DNA of 64,000 nt from contig CAWBAT010000005.1 of the NCBI GenBank assembly GCA_963786955.1, positions 1,152,001 to 1,216,000 on the forward strand, written 5' to 3'. Source of the stretch: an uncultured Acidimicrobiia bacterium (GTDB lineage: Bacteria; Acidobacteriota; Terriglobia; Versatilivoradales; Versatilivoraceae). The translations under genes and the position numbers were made by a program. The notes under the pieces were generated by a model, which was given only the letters and a program-made list of their open reading frames with translations, searched no databases and was not told the origin of the DNA. Each line of letters begins with the position of its first letter. Position 1 is the stretch's first letter. Below, piece by piece: positions 19,486 to 29,787 of the stretch.

Positions 19486-20211
19486 ATGGATAAAGAACAC
19501 ATCCTTTCTGAAATCAGACGTACGACCGAGGAAAACAGAAACAGTCCACTAGGTATCGCCAGGTTTGAGAAGGAAACTGGAATAAAAGTGTGGGATTGGA
19601 GAGGAAAGTATTGGACTAGATGGGCTGATGCACTTGCAGAAGCTGGGTACAGCAACCCTAATGAGATGCAAACCGCTTACCCGGATGAATTCTTAATTGA
19701 GAAGCTCATAGAGCTAATCCAGGAACTTGGTCACTTCCCTACAACAACCGAGCGCAGACTCAAGGGTCATCAAGACAAGAACTTCCCAACTCATAACACA
19801 TTTTCAAGATTCGGGGGCAAAGCAGACTTGATAGAGGCTGTTCTGAAGTATTGCGATACTCATGACAAAGATGCTGAAATCGTTGCAGCCTGCAAGGTAG
19901 CCGCTTCCACCGGAAAACTTCAGCTACGAGATAGAGCAGGACCAGAACCAATCGAATTAGGTTTTGTTTATCTGATGAAATCAGGCAAATATTTCAAGAT
20001 AGGCCGAACCAATTGCGCGGAAAGACGCGAATTTGAGCTCCGAATCCTGCTACCTGAGAAACTTGAATTGGTTCATAAGATTAAAACTGATGATCCTTGT
20101 GGAATTGAAAAATATTGGCACGATCGCTTTAAAGACAGCCGCAAAAGTGGAGAGTGGTTTGACCTTTCGCCCAGTGACGTCAAAGCCTTCAAGCGACGGA
20201 AGACGATGTAG
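19486..20211 (+). CDS. GIY-YIG (T5orf172/Mug113-like) nuclease with N-terminal helical repeats, cassette gene
   Basis: GFVYLMKSGKYFKIGRT...IEKYWHDRF...GEWFDL; two N-terminal HTH-like repeats. Confidence 0.85.
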   Translation: MDKEHILSEIRRTTEENRNSPLGIARFEKETGIKVWDWRGKYWTRWADALAEAGYSNPNEMQTAYPDEFLIEKLIELIQELGHFPTTTERRLKGHQDKNFPTHNTFSRFGGKADLIEAVLKYCDTHDKDAEIVAACKVAASTGKLQLRDRAGPEPIELGFVYLMKSGKYFKIGRTNCAERREFELRILLPEKLELVHKIKTDDPCGIEKYWHDRFKDSRKSGEWFDLSPSDVKAFKRRKTM

Positions 20212-20215
20212 AACT

Positions 20216-20250
20216 GCCTAACGCCATAGGCTGCACACTACGTCCACCGA
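20216..20250 (+). other. Truncated attC-like site 3 (left half only)
   Basis: GCCTAAC 4 nt after the stop, then GCTGCACAC resembling the left arm of attC2; no complementary right arm. Confidence 0.45.
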
Positions 20251-20402
20251 CCCCTTGTCCTCCATCATTTAAGGGCTGCCCCCTCCCCCCCCGGCCCTCT
20301 TGCAAAATTGGGACTTTCAAGGGATCATGTGCTTCCTTAGATAGAAATAGAAACAGATAGAAACATGGCCCACATTATTCCGGGCGGGAAGGAATTCACC
20401 GA

Positions 20403-21428
20403 ATGAGTGGAAGGAAAACCCTGGGAGTTGTCTTGTTCCAACTTGGAGGTCCGGATTCTCTGGACTCCATTGAACCTTTTCTTCTCAATCTATTTCGAGA
20501 TCCCGACATCATTGATTTCCCCTTTGCCAAGATTGCCCGCGAACCGTTGGCGAGGTTAATCTCGTCCTCCCGAGCAAAAAGAGTGAGGAATCATTATGCC
20601 AAGATCGGTGGCAAGTCTCCGATCCTGGAATTTACGAAATTGCAGGCACGAGCCCTAGAGGCGGAACTGCAGACGGTTTGCGATGCAAAGGTGCATATTG
20701 CGATGCGATACTGGCACCCTCTTACGAAAGAGGCGGTTCGTTCTGTGGAGCAACAGTTGCCGGAGGAAGTTGTATTGTTACCCCTTTATCCACAGTATTC
20801 CAAGACGACCACGGGCAGTAGCTTAAACGAATGGGAACGTCAGACCCAAGTTTCTCCTATTGGCCGGATCCCGACTCGAACGGTTCGTGAATTTTACTCC
20901 TACCCGGGCTACCTCAGAGCCATTACGAGCAGGATCAATGAAAGCTTGACCCGCTTTCCGCTTACGGAAGAAGTCCATTTTGTTTTTAGTGCTCACAGTC
21001 TTCCAGTCAGCGTGATCGAAGGCGGAGATCCTTATCGGGACCAGATCGAAAAGACCGTAGATCTGGTTCTGGAATGCGGCGGGTGGAGCTTTTCCCACAC
21101 ACTTTGTTATCAAAGCAAGGTGGGGGCGAGCAAATGGCTGCAGCCCTCCTTGCACGACACCATTCATCAGCTTGGGATGAAAAAGGTCAGAAATGTTTTG
21201 GTCATACCGATTGCCTTTGTCTCCGATCATGTCGAGACTCTTAGTGAAATCGAACATGAAGCCCGGGAAGAGGCGGCTCATCACGGAATCCTGCAATTTG
21301 AAATGATGCGAGGACTCAATGATTCTCCTGAGTTTATTCAGGCTCTTGCCAAACTCGTGCTCAGCGAGTCAATGGATGCAAGTGCAAGAGATTTGGATCG
21401 AAAGGCGGTCAGGAGTTTTACCGGCTGA
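20403..21428 (+). CDS. hemH: Ferrochelatase
   Basis: QLGGP, IGGKSP, MRYWHP, PLYPQYS, FSAHSLP, GDPY, FVSDHVETL. Confidence 0.96.
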   Translation: MSGRKTLGVVLFQLGGPDSLDSIEPFLLNLFRDPDIIDFPFAKIAREPLARLISSSRAKRVRNHYAKIGGKSPILEFTKLQARALEAELQTVCDAKVHIAMRYWHPLTKEAVRSVEQQLPEEVVLLPLYPQYSKTTTGSSLNEWERQTQVSPIGRIPTRTVREFYSYPGYLRAITSRINESLTRFPLTEEVHFVFSAHSLPVSVIEGGDPYRDQIEKTVDLVLECGGWSFSHTLCYQSKVGASKWLQPSLHDTIHQLGMKKVRNVLVIPIAFVSDHVETLSEIEHEAREEAAHHGILQFEMMRGLNDSPEFIQALAKLVLSESMDASARDLDRKAVRSFTG

Positions 21429-21542
21429 GTTACAGACACGGGCAGTTTAGGGCTAAAAGAAAACCATATTCCTTCGACAACAGTACGCACTTTCCCTCTA
21501 ATTGCTCAGGTTATTGCCTCAAAGCCTGGGGGCAATTGCACC

Positions 21543-21571
21543 TTGACGTTCTGAATTCTGAATGATAGATT
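21543..21571 (+). promoter_or_regulatory. Putative sigma70 promoter of the act-cox operon
   Basis: TTGACG, 17 nt, TAGATT with a TGn extension. Confidence 0.5.
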
Positions 21572-21638
21572 CACGCCTCAACTTTAGTAGGCTCCGGTGA
21601 GTCAGCCCTTATTTATGAGCCGGATAGAATAGTCTCAC

Positions 21639-22289
21639 GTGTCACAGATCTTTCATCGCAGCACCAATACAATTTCACGAGTCACCATTTTTGGGGCGAT
21701 CTTCATTATCGCTGCACTCTTGACTGTGGCGCTCATGATTAATCGTTCCGGATACGTTACACAAGCCGACGTCCCTCGCGAGCAACCTGTACCTTTCAGC
21801 CACCAGCACCACGTGGGAGGAATTGGGATCGATTGTCGTTATTGTCACACGACTGTTGAAATTTCCCATTCCGCTAATATTCCGTCTACAAAGATTTGCA
21901 TGAACTGTCATTCCCAAATATGGACGACAAGTCCAACTCTCGAGCCCGTTCGTGAAAGCTTTCGCAAAGACAAATCTATTCCCTGGATTCGCGTTCACGA
22001 TTTGCCGGATTACGCCTATTTCAACCATAGCATTCACGTGAACAAAGGCGTTGGATGTTCAACCTGCCATGGGCGCGTGGATCGCATGCCGCTGGTTTGG
22101 CAACATGCCTCACTCCAGATGGAATGGTGTCTGGATTGCCATCGTCAGCCGGAAAAATATGTGCGACCTCGTGAAGAGGTGTTTGATATGGAGTACCAGC
22201 CGCCTGCAGACCAAATTGAGTTGGGCAGGAGACTCGTGAAGGAATACAAAATCCAAAGCTTAACACACTGTTCCACTTGCCACCGATGA
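21639..22289 (+). CDS. actA: Alternative complex III pentaheme cytochrome c subunit
   Basis: One TM helix and five CxxCH motifs (CRYCH, CMNCH, CSTCH, CLDCH, CSTCH). Confidence 0.93.
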   Translation: MSQIFHRSTNTISRVTIFGAIFIIAALLTVALMINRSGYVTQADVPREQPVPFSHQHHVGGIGIDCRYCHTTVEISHSANIPSTKICMNCHSQIWTTSPTLEPVRESFRKDKSIPWIRVHDLPDYAYFNHSIHVNKGVGCSTCHGRVDRMPLVWQHASLQMEWCLDCHRQPEKYVRPREEVFDMEYQPPADQIELGRRLVKEYKIQSLTHCSTCHR

Positions 22290-25200
22290 CAAGAAACCAC
22301 AGTCTTATAGACCTGGCTTCCGTCCGGTCGAAATTGAATCAGACCCAAGGACAAGCGTATTGGCGAAGCCTGGAAGAATTGGCAGACACCCCTGGATTTC
22401 AGGAATACCTGTATCGAGAATTCCCGCAGAACGTCGATCAGTGGATCGATCCGGTTGGCCGCCGCCGTTTCCTTCAATTGATGGGTGCCTCCCTTGCCTT
22501 GGCAGGCTTGACAGGCTGCACCAAGCAACCCGCTGAACACATTATGCCCTATGTCAAGGCTCCCGAAGAAATCGTGCCCGGCAAACCGTTGTTCTTTGCC
22601 ACCGCCCGGCCTCATATGGGGTTTACTGAAGGGCTGCTCGTTGAAAGCCATATGGGACGCCCCACCAAGATCGAAGGCAATCCTGAACACCCTGCCAGTC
22701 TTGGATCCACAGACGTGCTCTCGCAGGCTTCTATTCTGACGCTTTACGATCCGGATCGCTCCCAAGCGGTCACACAATACGGAGAAATTCGCTCCTACCC
22801 ATCCTTTCTTGGCGAAATGAGGAATACGGTTTCACTCCTTAAGGGGAGCCAAGGGGCGGGCCTCCGAATTCTGACAGAATCCACTACCTCGCCTTCACTG
22901 GCGGCCCAAATCAAAGACCTATTGGCCCTTTATCCCCTAGCTAGATGGCACCAATATGACGCTGTGAGTCGTGATATGGCTCGCAAAGGGGCCCTCATGG
23001 CATTCGGGGAGCACCTCGATACACGTTATGATTTTTCCAAAGCGAATGTAGTGCTTTCTCTCGATGCAGACTTCCTGACAGATAATCCCGGACGTCTGCG
23101 GTATACGCGCGATTTTGTCTCTCGGCGACGTGTTCGCGAAGGCCAATTCGAGATGAATCGCCTCTACGTTGTTGAGCCCACGCCCACCAACACCGGATCG
23201 ATGGCGGACCATCGTCTGCCTATGAGCGCTGGAGACGTTGAGAAATTTGCCTGGGCGCTTGTTCAGGAATTAGGCATCCCGGTTCAAAAGAAGAATTTAG
23301 AGGGAGCGCCCGGCGCTGCCTGGATCGCTCCGCTTGCAAAGGATTTGCGACTAAACTCGGGGAAATCGATTGTCATTCCAGGAGAACATCAGTCCCCGAC
23401 AGTTCATCTCTTGACTCACGCCATGAACCAGTTTCTCGGGAATATCGACAGTACTGTTTTTCATACCGATCCCGTGGAAGCCGATCCTACCGACCAATTC
23501 GCCTCGTTGCGCGATCTCGTGCGCTCGATGGAAGCAGGAAGTGTTGATACATTGCTCATTCTCGGGGGCAATCCCGTCTATACGACGCCCGCCGACTTAA
23601 ATTTTGCGGACGCCCTAACCAAAGTAAAACTGCGAATTCATTTGGGCCTATACAACGATGAAACAGCATTCCTCTGCCATTGGCACATCCCAGAAGCCCA
23701 TTTCCTTGAGTCCTGGAGCGACGGGCGGGCATACGATGGTACGCTTAGTATTTTACAGCCGTTGATTGCTCCTCTCTATGATGGCAAAACGTCACACGAA
23801 TTGCTCGCTGCTTTCACGACCAGGCCCGACCGATCCAGTTATGAAATTCTGCGAGATTATTGGAGGAGAAATTGGCCAGGCGCCGCTGTTCCAAAAGACA
23901 CAAGGCAATCCAAAGTGCCGTCCACTCAGGCGGAGGGGTTCGATCATTTTGAGCGGCAATGGCGGCAAGCGATCCACGACGGGTTTATTGCCGGAACGGC
24001 TTTGCCCGCGAAGAAGACTTCGATGGACGCCGGCCTGGTAAATCAACTGCAGCCGACCGCAATTTCCAGCAATCAAGCCAACAGCCAACTTGAGATCATT
24101 TTCCGTCCAGATCCGCACATTTTCGACGGTCATTTCGCCAATAATGGCTGGCTGCAAGAATTACCCAAACCTCATACCCGGCTCACTTGGGATAATGCGG
24201 CTCTCGTGAGCCCAGCTACCGCACAGAAGCTGCGACTGAATAATGAAGAGCTGGTTGAATTGAGTTACCAGGGACGTAAGGTTGAAGCGGCCGTATGGAT
24301 TTTGCCCGGTCAGAGTCCGAATTCAGTCACCCTTCATTTGGGATATGGCCGGACGTGGACAGGGCGAGTAGGTAAAGGGGCCGGATTCAATGCCTACTTG
24401 CTCCGCACCACGGATACAGCGTCGTTTGGTTCTGGCTTAGAGATTCGGAAAACCGGCAAGCACTACCCATTGGCCTGTACACAGCATCATTCCAGCATGG
24501 AAGGGCGTAACCTTGTCCGTGCCGGAACGCTTGAGGAGTTCAAGCAGAATCCTGATTTCGTTCAGGAGATGGGAGAGAATCGTCCCAACAGTCTTTCCGT
24601 GTACCCGGCATTCAAATACGAGGGAAACGCCTGGGGGATGGTGATCGACTTAAATGCATGCACAGGCTGCAACGCCTGTACTATCGCCTGCCAGTCCGAA
24701 AATAACATTCCGGTTGTCGGGAAAGAACAAGTCGTCATTGGTCGCGAGATGCACTGGATTCGGGTGGATCGTTACTTCAAAGGCGAACTGGACAACCCCG
24801 AAACCTATAACCAACCTGTTCCTTGCATGCAGTGTGAAAATGCTCCGTGCGAAGTCGTTTGCCCTGTGGGTGCCACTTCGCATAGCCCGGAAGGGCTAAA
24901 TGATATGACTTATAACCGTTGTGTGGGTACGCGTTATTGTCTCAATAATTGCCCTTACAAGGTGAGACGCTTCAATTTCCTGCTCTATTCGGATTTTGAA
25001 ACGCCAAGCCTGAAGCTGGGTCGAAATCCGGACGTCACCGTTCGATCGCGTGGAGTCATGGAGAAATGCACGTACTGCGTGCAAAGGATTAATGTGGCCA
25101 AAATCAATGCGGAAAAGGGAAATCGGCCCATTCGCGATGGAGAAATTGTGACCGCTTGCGAAGCCGTGTGTCCTGCTAAAGCCATTACCTTCGGGAATCT

Positions 25201-25336
25201 CAATGACCCGGCGAGTCGTGTGACTCGCCTCAAAGCTGAAAAACTGAATTATGGCCTGTTGGCCGATCTCAATACCCGGCCCAGAACGACGTATCTGGGA
25301 CGATTGAGGAATCCGAATCCGGAGATGATCCTCTAA
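22286..25336 (+). CDS. actB: Alternative complex III subunit B (molybdopterin-oxidoreductase-like plus Fe-S domains)
   Basis: YWRSLEEL, TAT motif GRRRFLQ, CTGCNACTIAC, CMQCENAPCEVVCP, CVGTRYCLNNCP, CTYC; ATGA overlap with actA. Confidence 0.93.
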   Translation: MTRNHSLIDLASVRSKLNQTQGQAYWRSLEELADTPGFQEYLYREFPQNVDQWIDPVGRRRFLQLMGASLALAGLTGCTKQPAEHIMPYVKAPEEIVPGKPLFFATARPHMGFTEGLLVESHMGRPTKIEGNPEHPASLGSTDVLSQASILTLYDPDRSQAVTQYGEIRSYPSFLGEMRNTVSLLKGSQGAGLRILTESTTSPSLAAQIKDLLALYPLARWHQYDAVSRDMARKGALMAFGEHLDTRYDFSKANVVLSLDADFLTDNPGRLRYTRDFVSRRRVREGQFEMNRLYVVEPTPTNTGSMADHRLPMSAGDVEKFAWALVQELGIPVQKKNLEGAPGAAWIAPLAKDLRLNSGKSIVIPGEHQSPTVHLLTHAMNQFLGNIDSTVFHTDPVEADPTDQFASLRDLVRSMEAGSVDTLLILGGNPVYTTPADLNFADALTKVKLRIHLGLYNDETAFLCHWHIPEAHFLESWSDGRAYDGTLSILQPLIAPLYDGKTSHELLAAFTTRPDRSSYEILRDYWRRNWPGAAVPKDTRQSKVPSTQAEGFDHFERQWRQAIHDGFIAGTALPAKKTSMDAGLVNQLQPTAISSNQANSQLEIIFRPDPHIFDGHFANNGWLQELPKPHTRLTWDNAALVSPATAQKLRLNNEELVELSYQGRKVEAAVWILPGQSPNSVTLHLGYGRTWTGRVGKGAGFNAYLLRTTDTASFGSGLEIRKTGKHYPLACTQHHSSMEGRNLVRAGTLEEFKQNPDFVQEMGENRPNSLSVYPAFKYEGNAWGMVIDLNACTGCNACTIACQSENNIPVVGKEQVVIGREMHWIRVDRYFKGELDNPETYNQPVPCMQCENAPCEVVCPVGATSHSPEGLNDMTYNRCVGTRYCLNNCPYKVRRFNFLLYSDFETPSLKLGRNPDVTVRSRGVMEKCTYCVQRINVAKINAEKGNRPIRDGEIVTACEAVCPAKAITFGNLNDPASRVTRLKAEKLNYGLLADLNTRPRTTYLGRLRNPNPEMIL

Positions 25337-25389
25337 AGAGGCTTCAAGTTCCTATGGGCAGAAGCGCCTGAATTATTTCACCTGAACTC

Positions 25390-26775
25390 ATGAATCAAGA
25401 TCAATCCAGTCCGACAACCACCCATTTGACAGAGACGGCACCTATCATTGAGCCGGGCTATACTTTTGCCTCCGTGACGGACAAGATCAGCGCTGTTGTC
25501 TTGACTCATCGGACCCCGCGAGGCTGGTATTTTGGTTTCGGAATCGGCTTCATCCTGGTCATGCTGCTCCTCACGACGATCGGCCGGCTTCTGGTTGTCG
25601 GAACTGGCATTTGGGGCGTAACGAATCCTGTTGGTTGGGGATTTGACATCATCAATTTTGTCTGGTGGATTGGCATCGGACATGCCGGCACTCTGATCTC
25701 GGCCATCCTCTTGCTTCTGCGTCAGGAATGGCGGACTTCGATTAATCGGTTTGCGGAGGCCATGACTCTCTTTGCAGTTGCCTGTGCGGCACTCTATCCC
25801 TTGTTGCACACCGGCAGACCTTGGTTGGCCATCTACTGGCTCTTCCCCTATCCCAACACCATGGGACTCTGGCCGCAATTCCGCAGTCCACTCATCTGGG
25901 ACGTTTTCGCGGTTTCGACGTACGCAACAGTCTCCTTGCTCTTTTGGTTTGTTGGATTGATCCCGGACCTGGCTACACTCCGAGATCGTTCCCCCAACCG
26001 TTTTGGACGAATCCTGTTTGGGATTTTGGCCATGGGATGGCGCGGGTCAGCCCGCCACTGGACTCGTTATGAAGCGGCCTATTTGCTTCTGGCGGGCTTA
26101 TCTACCCCCCTTGTCCTATCGGTCCACTCGATCGTTAGTTTTGACTTCGCGGTCTCCGTGATCCCGGGCTGGCATGCAACCATTTTCCCGCCCTACTTTG
26201 TTGCGGGCGCCGTTTTCGCGGGGTTTGCCATGGTGCTTATTTTGGCGATTCCCATTCGGAAATTCTACGGTTTGGAAGATTTCATTACCCTGCGGCATCT
26301 CGATAACATGGCCAAGATTCTTTTGGTGACGGGCCTGATCGTGTCTTACGGCTATATGATGGAAGCCTTTTTCGGCTGGTACAGTGCGAATCCTTACGAG
26401 AGTTATATGATCTTGAATCGGATGAAAGGTCCTTATGCCTTCTTTTACTGGGTATTGATTTTCTGCAATGTTGTGGCACCGCAAGTTTTTTGGTCGAAAC
26501 GCATGCGGACAAACATTGCTGTGCTGTTTACCGTCTCCATTATTGTCAGCGTCGGAATGTGGCTGGAGCGCTTCATCATTGTCGTGACGAGCCTCAGTCG
26601 TGATTTCTTACCGTCGTCTTGGGGAATGTACTATCCGACTCGCTGGGATTTTGGAATGTTCTTCGGAACCATCGGCCTGTTTGTCAGCCTTTTGTTTTTG
26701 TTCCTGCGCTTTCTACCGATGATCTCAATTTTTGAAATGCGCACGATTCTCCCGCAAGCAGAGGTCAAGGAATAG
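25390..26775 (+). CDS. actC: Alternative complex III quinol-binding subunit (NrfD-like)
   Basis: [43 protein letters not shown]. Confidence 0.94.
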   Translation: MNQDQSSPTTTHLTETAPIIEPGYTFASVTDKISAVVLTHRTPRGWYFGFGIGFILVMLLLTTIGRLLVVGTGIWGVTNPVGWGFDIINFVWWIGIGHAGTLISAILLLLRQEWRTSINRFAEAMTLFAVACAALYPLLHTGRPWLAIYWLFPYPNTMGLWPQFRSPLIWDVFAVSTYATVSLLFWFVGLIPDLATLRDRSPNRFGRILFGILAMGWRGSARHWTRYEAAYLLLAGLSTPLVLSVHSIVSFDFAVSVIPGWHATIFPPYFVAGAVFAGFAMVLILAIPIRKFYGLEDFITLRHLDNMAKILLVTGLIVSYGYMMEAFFGWYSANPYESYMILNRMKGPYAFFYWVLIFCNVVAPQVFWSKRMRTNIAVLFTVSIIVSVGMWLERFIIVVTSLSRDFLPSSWGMYYPTRWDFGMFFGTIGLFVSLLFLFLRFLPMISIFEMRTILPQAEVKE

Positions 26776-26831
26776 AAAGGCAGGCCTTCGTTGAGTCATA
26801 TGAAACGAGAACCACTGGAGTTCAACGTTTG

Positions 26832-27371
26832 ATGCGGTCGAGATCTTCTCTTTACGGATTAATGGCGGAATTTGACAGTGCCACGTCATTGGTGGCTGCT
26901 GCAAAACGCACCCGTGACTATGGGTATAAGAAAATGGATGCGTATTCGCCATTTCCCATTGAAGAGTTAAGTGAAGCCATTGGGTTTCACGATTGGCGCC
27001 TGCCGTTCATTGTTCTTTGCGGAGGCATAATGGGCTGCCTTGCCGGCTTCTTTTTCCAATATTGGACGACTGTGGTGGATTATCCGGTGAATATTGGCGG
27101 TCGCCCTTTGTTTAGTTGGCCGTCGTTTATTCCGGTAACCTTTGAGACGACCGTGCTGGGAGCCTCCCTCGGGGCGGTCCTGGGGATGTTAGGTCTCAAT
27201 GGTTTGCCGATGCCCTATCACCCGGTCTTCAACGTGTCCAGGTTCGCGCTTGCGAGCCGCGATCGTTTCTTCTTATGTATTGAGGCACGGGATCCAAAAT
27301 TTGATCAGGAGGCCACTCGACGATTTCTCGAGTCGCTGGGACCACGCATTGTTCATGAAGTCCCCCATTGA
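26832..27371 (+). CDS. actD: Alternative complex III subunit D (DUF3341)
   Basis: DAYSPFPIE, DYPVNIGGRP..SWPSFIPVTFE. Confidence 0.92.
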   Translation: MRSRSSLYGLMAEFDSATSLVAAAKRTRDYGYKKMDAYSPFPIEELSEAIGFHDWRLPFIVLCGGIMGCLAGFFFQYWTTVVDYPVNIGGRPLFSWPSFIPVTFETTVLGASLGAVLGMLGLNGLPMPYHPVFNVSRFALASRDRFFLCIEARDPKFDQEATRRFLESLGPRIVHEVPH

Positions 27372-27374
27372 TTT

Positions 27375-28112
27375 GTGATGAAGAGCATCGTGCGTTTTAT
27401 GAATTGCGCCAAACAATTCAAGAGCCGGTCTGGCCTATGGGCTAATGAGAACATGGGCCAGTTCTGCCTGAACTCTTTTTCTACTTCTCGAGCTCTGTCT
27501 CCGTTCTTGCTGGTCCTGGGATTGACGATCCTGACCGGTTGTCGTCAGGACATGCAAAATCAACCCAAATACAAAGCGCTGGCTCCCAGCAGTTTTTTCT
27601 CAGACGGACGTTCTGCGCGACCACTGGTGTCTGGAACGGTGGCCAGAGGGGATCTCCGAGAAGATACGGATCTCTACCTGGGTAAAGTTGATGGAAAGCT
27701 GGTCGATGCATTCCCCTTTCCTGTGACCAAGCAGATCCTGGAACGAGGGCAGGAACGTTACAATATTTATTGCGTTCCCTGCCACGACCGGGTTGGAAAT
27801 GGGCAGGGGATGGTTGTGAAGCGGGGGTTTCGGCCCCCACCGTCCTACCATATTGAACGTTTGAGGCAAGCTCCGGCAGGATATTTTTATGATGTGATCA
27901 CGAATGGGTTTGGCGCGATGCAGGACTATTCCGTGCAGGTCCCAGTTCGAGACCGATGGGCGATCGTGGCGTATATTCGAGTGTTGCAGTTAAGCCAACA
28001 TGCCAGCCTGAATGACGTGGCCGAAGCAGATCGCAATAAGTTGAATGGAGAAGCCGGTTCCCGGTCCACACCGCCGCATCCCCAGGAAAACCATGGGTCA
28101 ATTGGTGAGTAG
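27375..28112 (+). CDS. actE: Alternative complex III monoheme cytochrome c lipoprotein
   Basis: Lipobox LTGC-RQDM, single CVPCH, DRWAIVAYIR. True start is probably further downstream. Confidence 0.9.
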   Translation: MMKSIVRFMNCAKQFKSRSGLWANENMGQFCLNSFSTSRALSPFLLVLGLTILTGCRQDMQNQPKYKALAPSSFFSDGRSARPLVSGTVARGDLREDTDLYLGKVDGKLVDAFPFPVTKQILERGQERYNIYCVPCHDRVGNGQGMVVKRGFRPPPSYHIERLRQAPAGYFYDVITNGFGAMQDYSVQVPVRDRWAIVAYIRVLQLSQHASLNDVAEADRNKLNGEAGSRSTPPHPQENHGSIGE

Positions 28113-28139
28113 GTTAAAGACAGGGTCAAAGGGGTTCTA

Positions 28140-29324
28140 TTGATCGAGATTCAGGATGCAACTCTAAACTTACCCATTCTCCAAAGGGTGCAGAAGCGAA
28201 GCTTTGCCGCGGGCGGAATTTTTCTAGCCTTGTGCATTGGGGGTGCCATATCAAACCCCGACCAATTTTTTCGATCCTACTTATTTGCCTTCGTCTTTTG
28301 GAGCGGGATTCCACTGGGTTCCCTGGCGATCCTGATGCTTCAATACCTTACGGGGGGCGCATGGGGGATCATGATACGGCGGTTGCTTGAAGCCTCAACG
28401 CGCACATTGCCGATCTTGGCTGCACTGTTCGTCCCAATCTTTTTCGGGATGCAGCACCTCTATGAGTGGGCCCAGCCTGAAAAGGTGAAAGCCGACAAGA
28501 TCTTGCAGCATAAGGCCCCTTATTTGAATATCCCTTTTTTTGCCTTGAGAACCGTCGTGTACTTTCTGGCGTGGTACAGCCTGATTTACTTTTTCAATAA
28601 GTGGTCGCAGCAACAGGATGACAACAAGGCGGCCCGGACAAAATTCAACGCGGAGAGTCTGAGCGGCCCTGGGCTTGTTATTTTTGGGGCTACCGCAACT
28701 TTTGCTTCTTTCGACTGGGTGATGTCTCTTGAGCCGCACTGGTATTCCACCATATTTGGCATGTATTACATGATCGGGCAAACCTTAACCACATTTTCTT
28801 TTACGATTTTGGTTTTGATCCTGCTGGCGGAGAGGAAGCCCTTGTCGGAAGTACTCTCACCCGAACACCTCCATGACCTGGGAAAGTTGACCCTTGCCTT
28901 CGTAATGATTTGGGCCTACCTGTCCTTCTCCCAATTCTTGATTATCTGGTCTGGAAATTTGCCGGAAGAAACACCGTATTATTTAAAACGTTTAGCCAAC
29001 GGCTGGTGGTGGCTGCAACTTGCATTGATCTTGTTCCACTTTGCACTCCCGTTTATTCTATTGCTCTCACGGAGCTTGAAGAGGGCTCCTCGGCAGCTGA
29101 TTAAAGTGGCGTCTTTGATCCTCTTCATGAGATTGATTGATTTGTTCCTCCTGATAGCCCCTACTGGACACGATGGGCATTTCCGCATCCATTGGATGGA
29201 TCTGGCTGCGCTCTTGGGAATCGGTGGCGTCTGGTTGGGAGTATTCTGCAGGACCTTGATTGCCCGACCAGTGCTTCCAGTTCATGATCCTGCGTTTGAG
29301 GAGGCGCTGCAAGGTGGCCACTAA
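28140..29324 (+). CDS. actF: Alternative complex III subunit F
   Basis: FDWVMSLEPHWYSTIFG, HDLGKL, SQFLIIWSGNLPEE. Confidence 0.92.
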   Translation: MIEIQDATLNLPILQRVQKRSFAAGGIFLALCIGGAISNPDQFFRSYLFAFVFWSGIPLGSLAILMLQYLTGGAWGIMIRRLLEASTRTLPILAALFVPIFFGMQHLYEWAQPEKVKADKILQHKAPYLNIPFFALRTVVYFLAWYSLIYFFNKWSQQQDDNKAARTKFNAESLSGPGLVIFGATATFASFDWVMSLEPHWYSTIFGMYYMIGQTLTTFSFTILVLILLAERKPLSEVLSPEHLHDLGKLTLAFVMIWAYLSFSQFLIIWSGNLPEETPYYLKRLANGWWWLQLALILFHFALPFILLLSRSLKRAPRQLIKVASLILFMRLIDLFLLIAPTGHDGHFRIHWMDLAALLGIGGVWLGVFCRTLIARPVLPVHDPAFEEALQGGH

Positions 29325-29787
29325 GCACGGAAATCTTGAGCAGATACCGCCTGAAAGCCAACATGAAGCTAGTGATGTCAGCGCTAGGCCTATCTTCTAC
29401 TTTGCCATTGCTCTTGTCATTCTCATCATTTTTACCGTGATCTCGATGAAGGGGCTCTTCAATTTTCTTGATCAAGAAGCCGATCGCTCTGACACGCAGC
29501 TTTCCGGTGTTGCCTTCGAGCGCCCCACACTGCCCCCCTTACCTCGTTTGGAGTCGGATCCGGTTGCTGTTCGAAGACAATTTTTCCAAAATGAAAAGAA
29601 AATCATTGAGAGTTATGGCTGGGTAGATCAGAAACAGGGTATTGTGCGAGTTCCAATCAATCGGGCTATGGAATTACTGGTTGAGCGGGGTTTGCCAGTG
29701 AGGGCTGAGGCCAAAGTGAACCCAAGCAGTGAGCAATCTCGAGAGCCGGGAAAGTTAGAAGCAGAGAAAAGCCCAGCTGGAAAGTAG
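29314..29787 (+). CDS. Single-pass membrane protein of the ACIII operon (ActG-like position)
   Basis: GAGGAGG RBS, HEASDV, TM helix, PLPRLE, YGWVD...VRVPINRAM. Confidence 0.7.
   Translation: MATKHGNLEQIPPESQHEASDVSARPIFYFAIALVILIIFTVISMKGLFNFLDQEADRSDTQLSGVAFERPTLPPLPRLESDPVAVRRQFFQNEKKIIESYGWVDQKQGIVRVPINRAMELLVERGLPVRAEAKVNPSSEQSREPGKLEAEKSPAGK

Larger units (their letters stand above)
18001..20250 (+). mobile_element. Integron-like gene cassette array without integrase (CALIN), three cassettes
   Basis: Co-oriented short genes, each unit followed by an attC-like site; no tyrosine recombinase ORF in the window. Confidence 0.75.

Noticed and set aside
20270-20370. C-rich run and short ATAGAAA repeats before hemH
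   Set aside because: Too short and irregular to call; low-complexity intergenic sequence.
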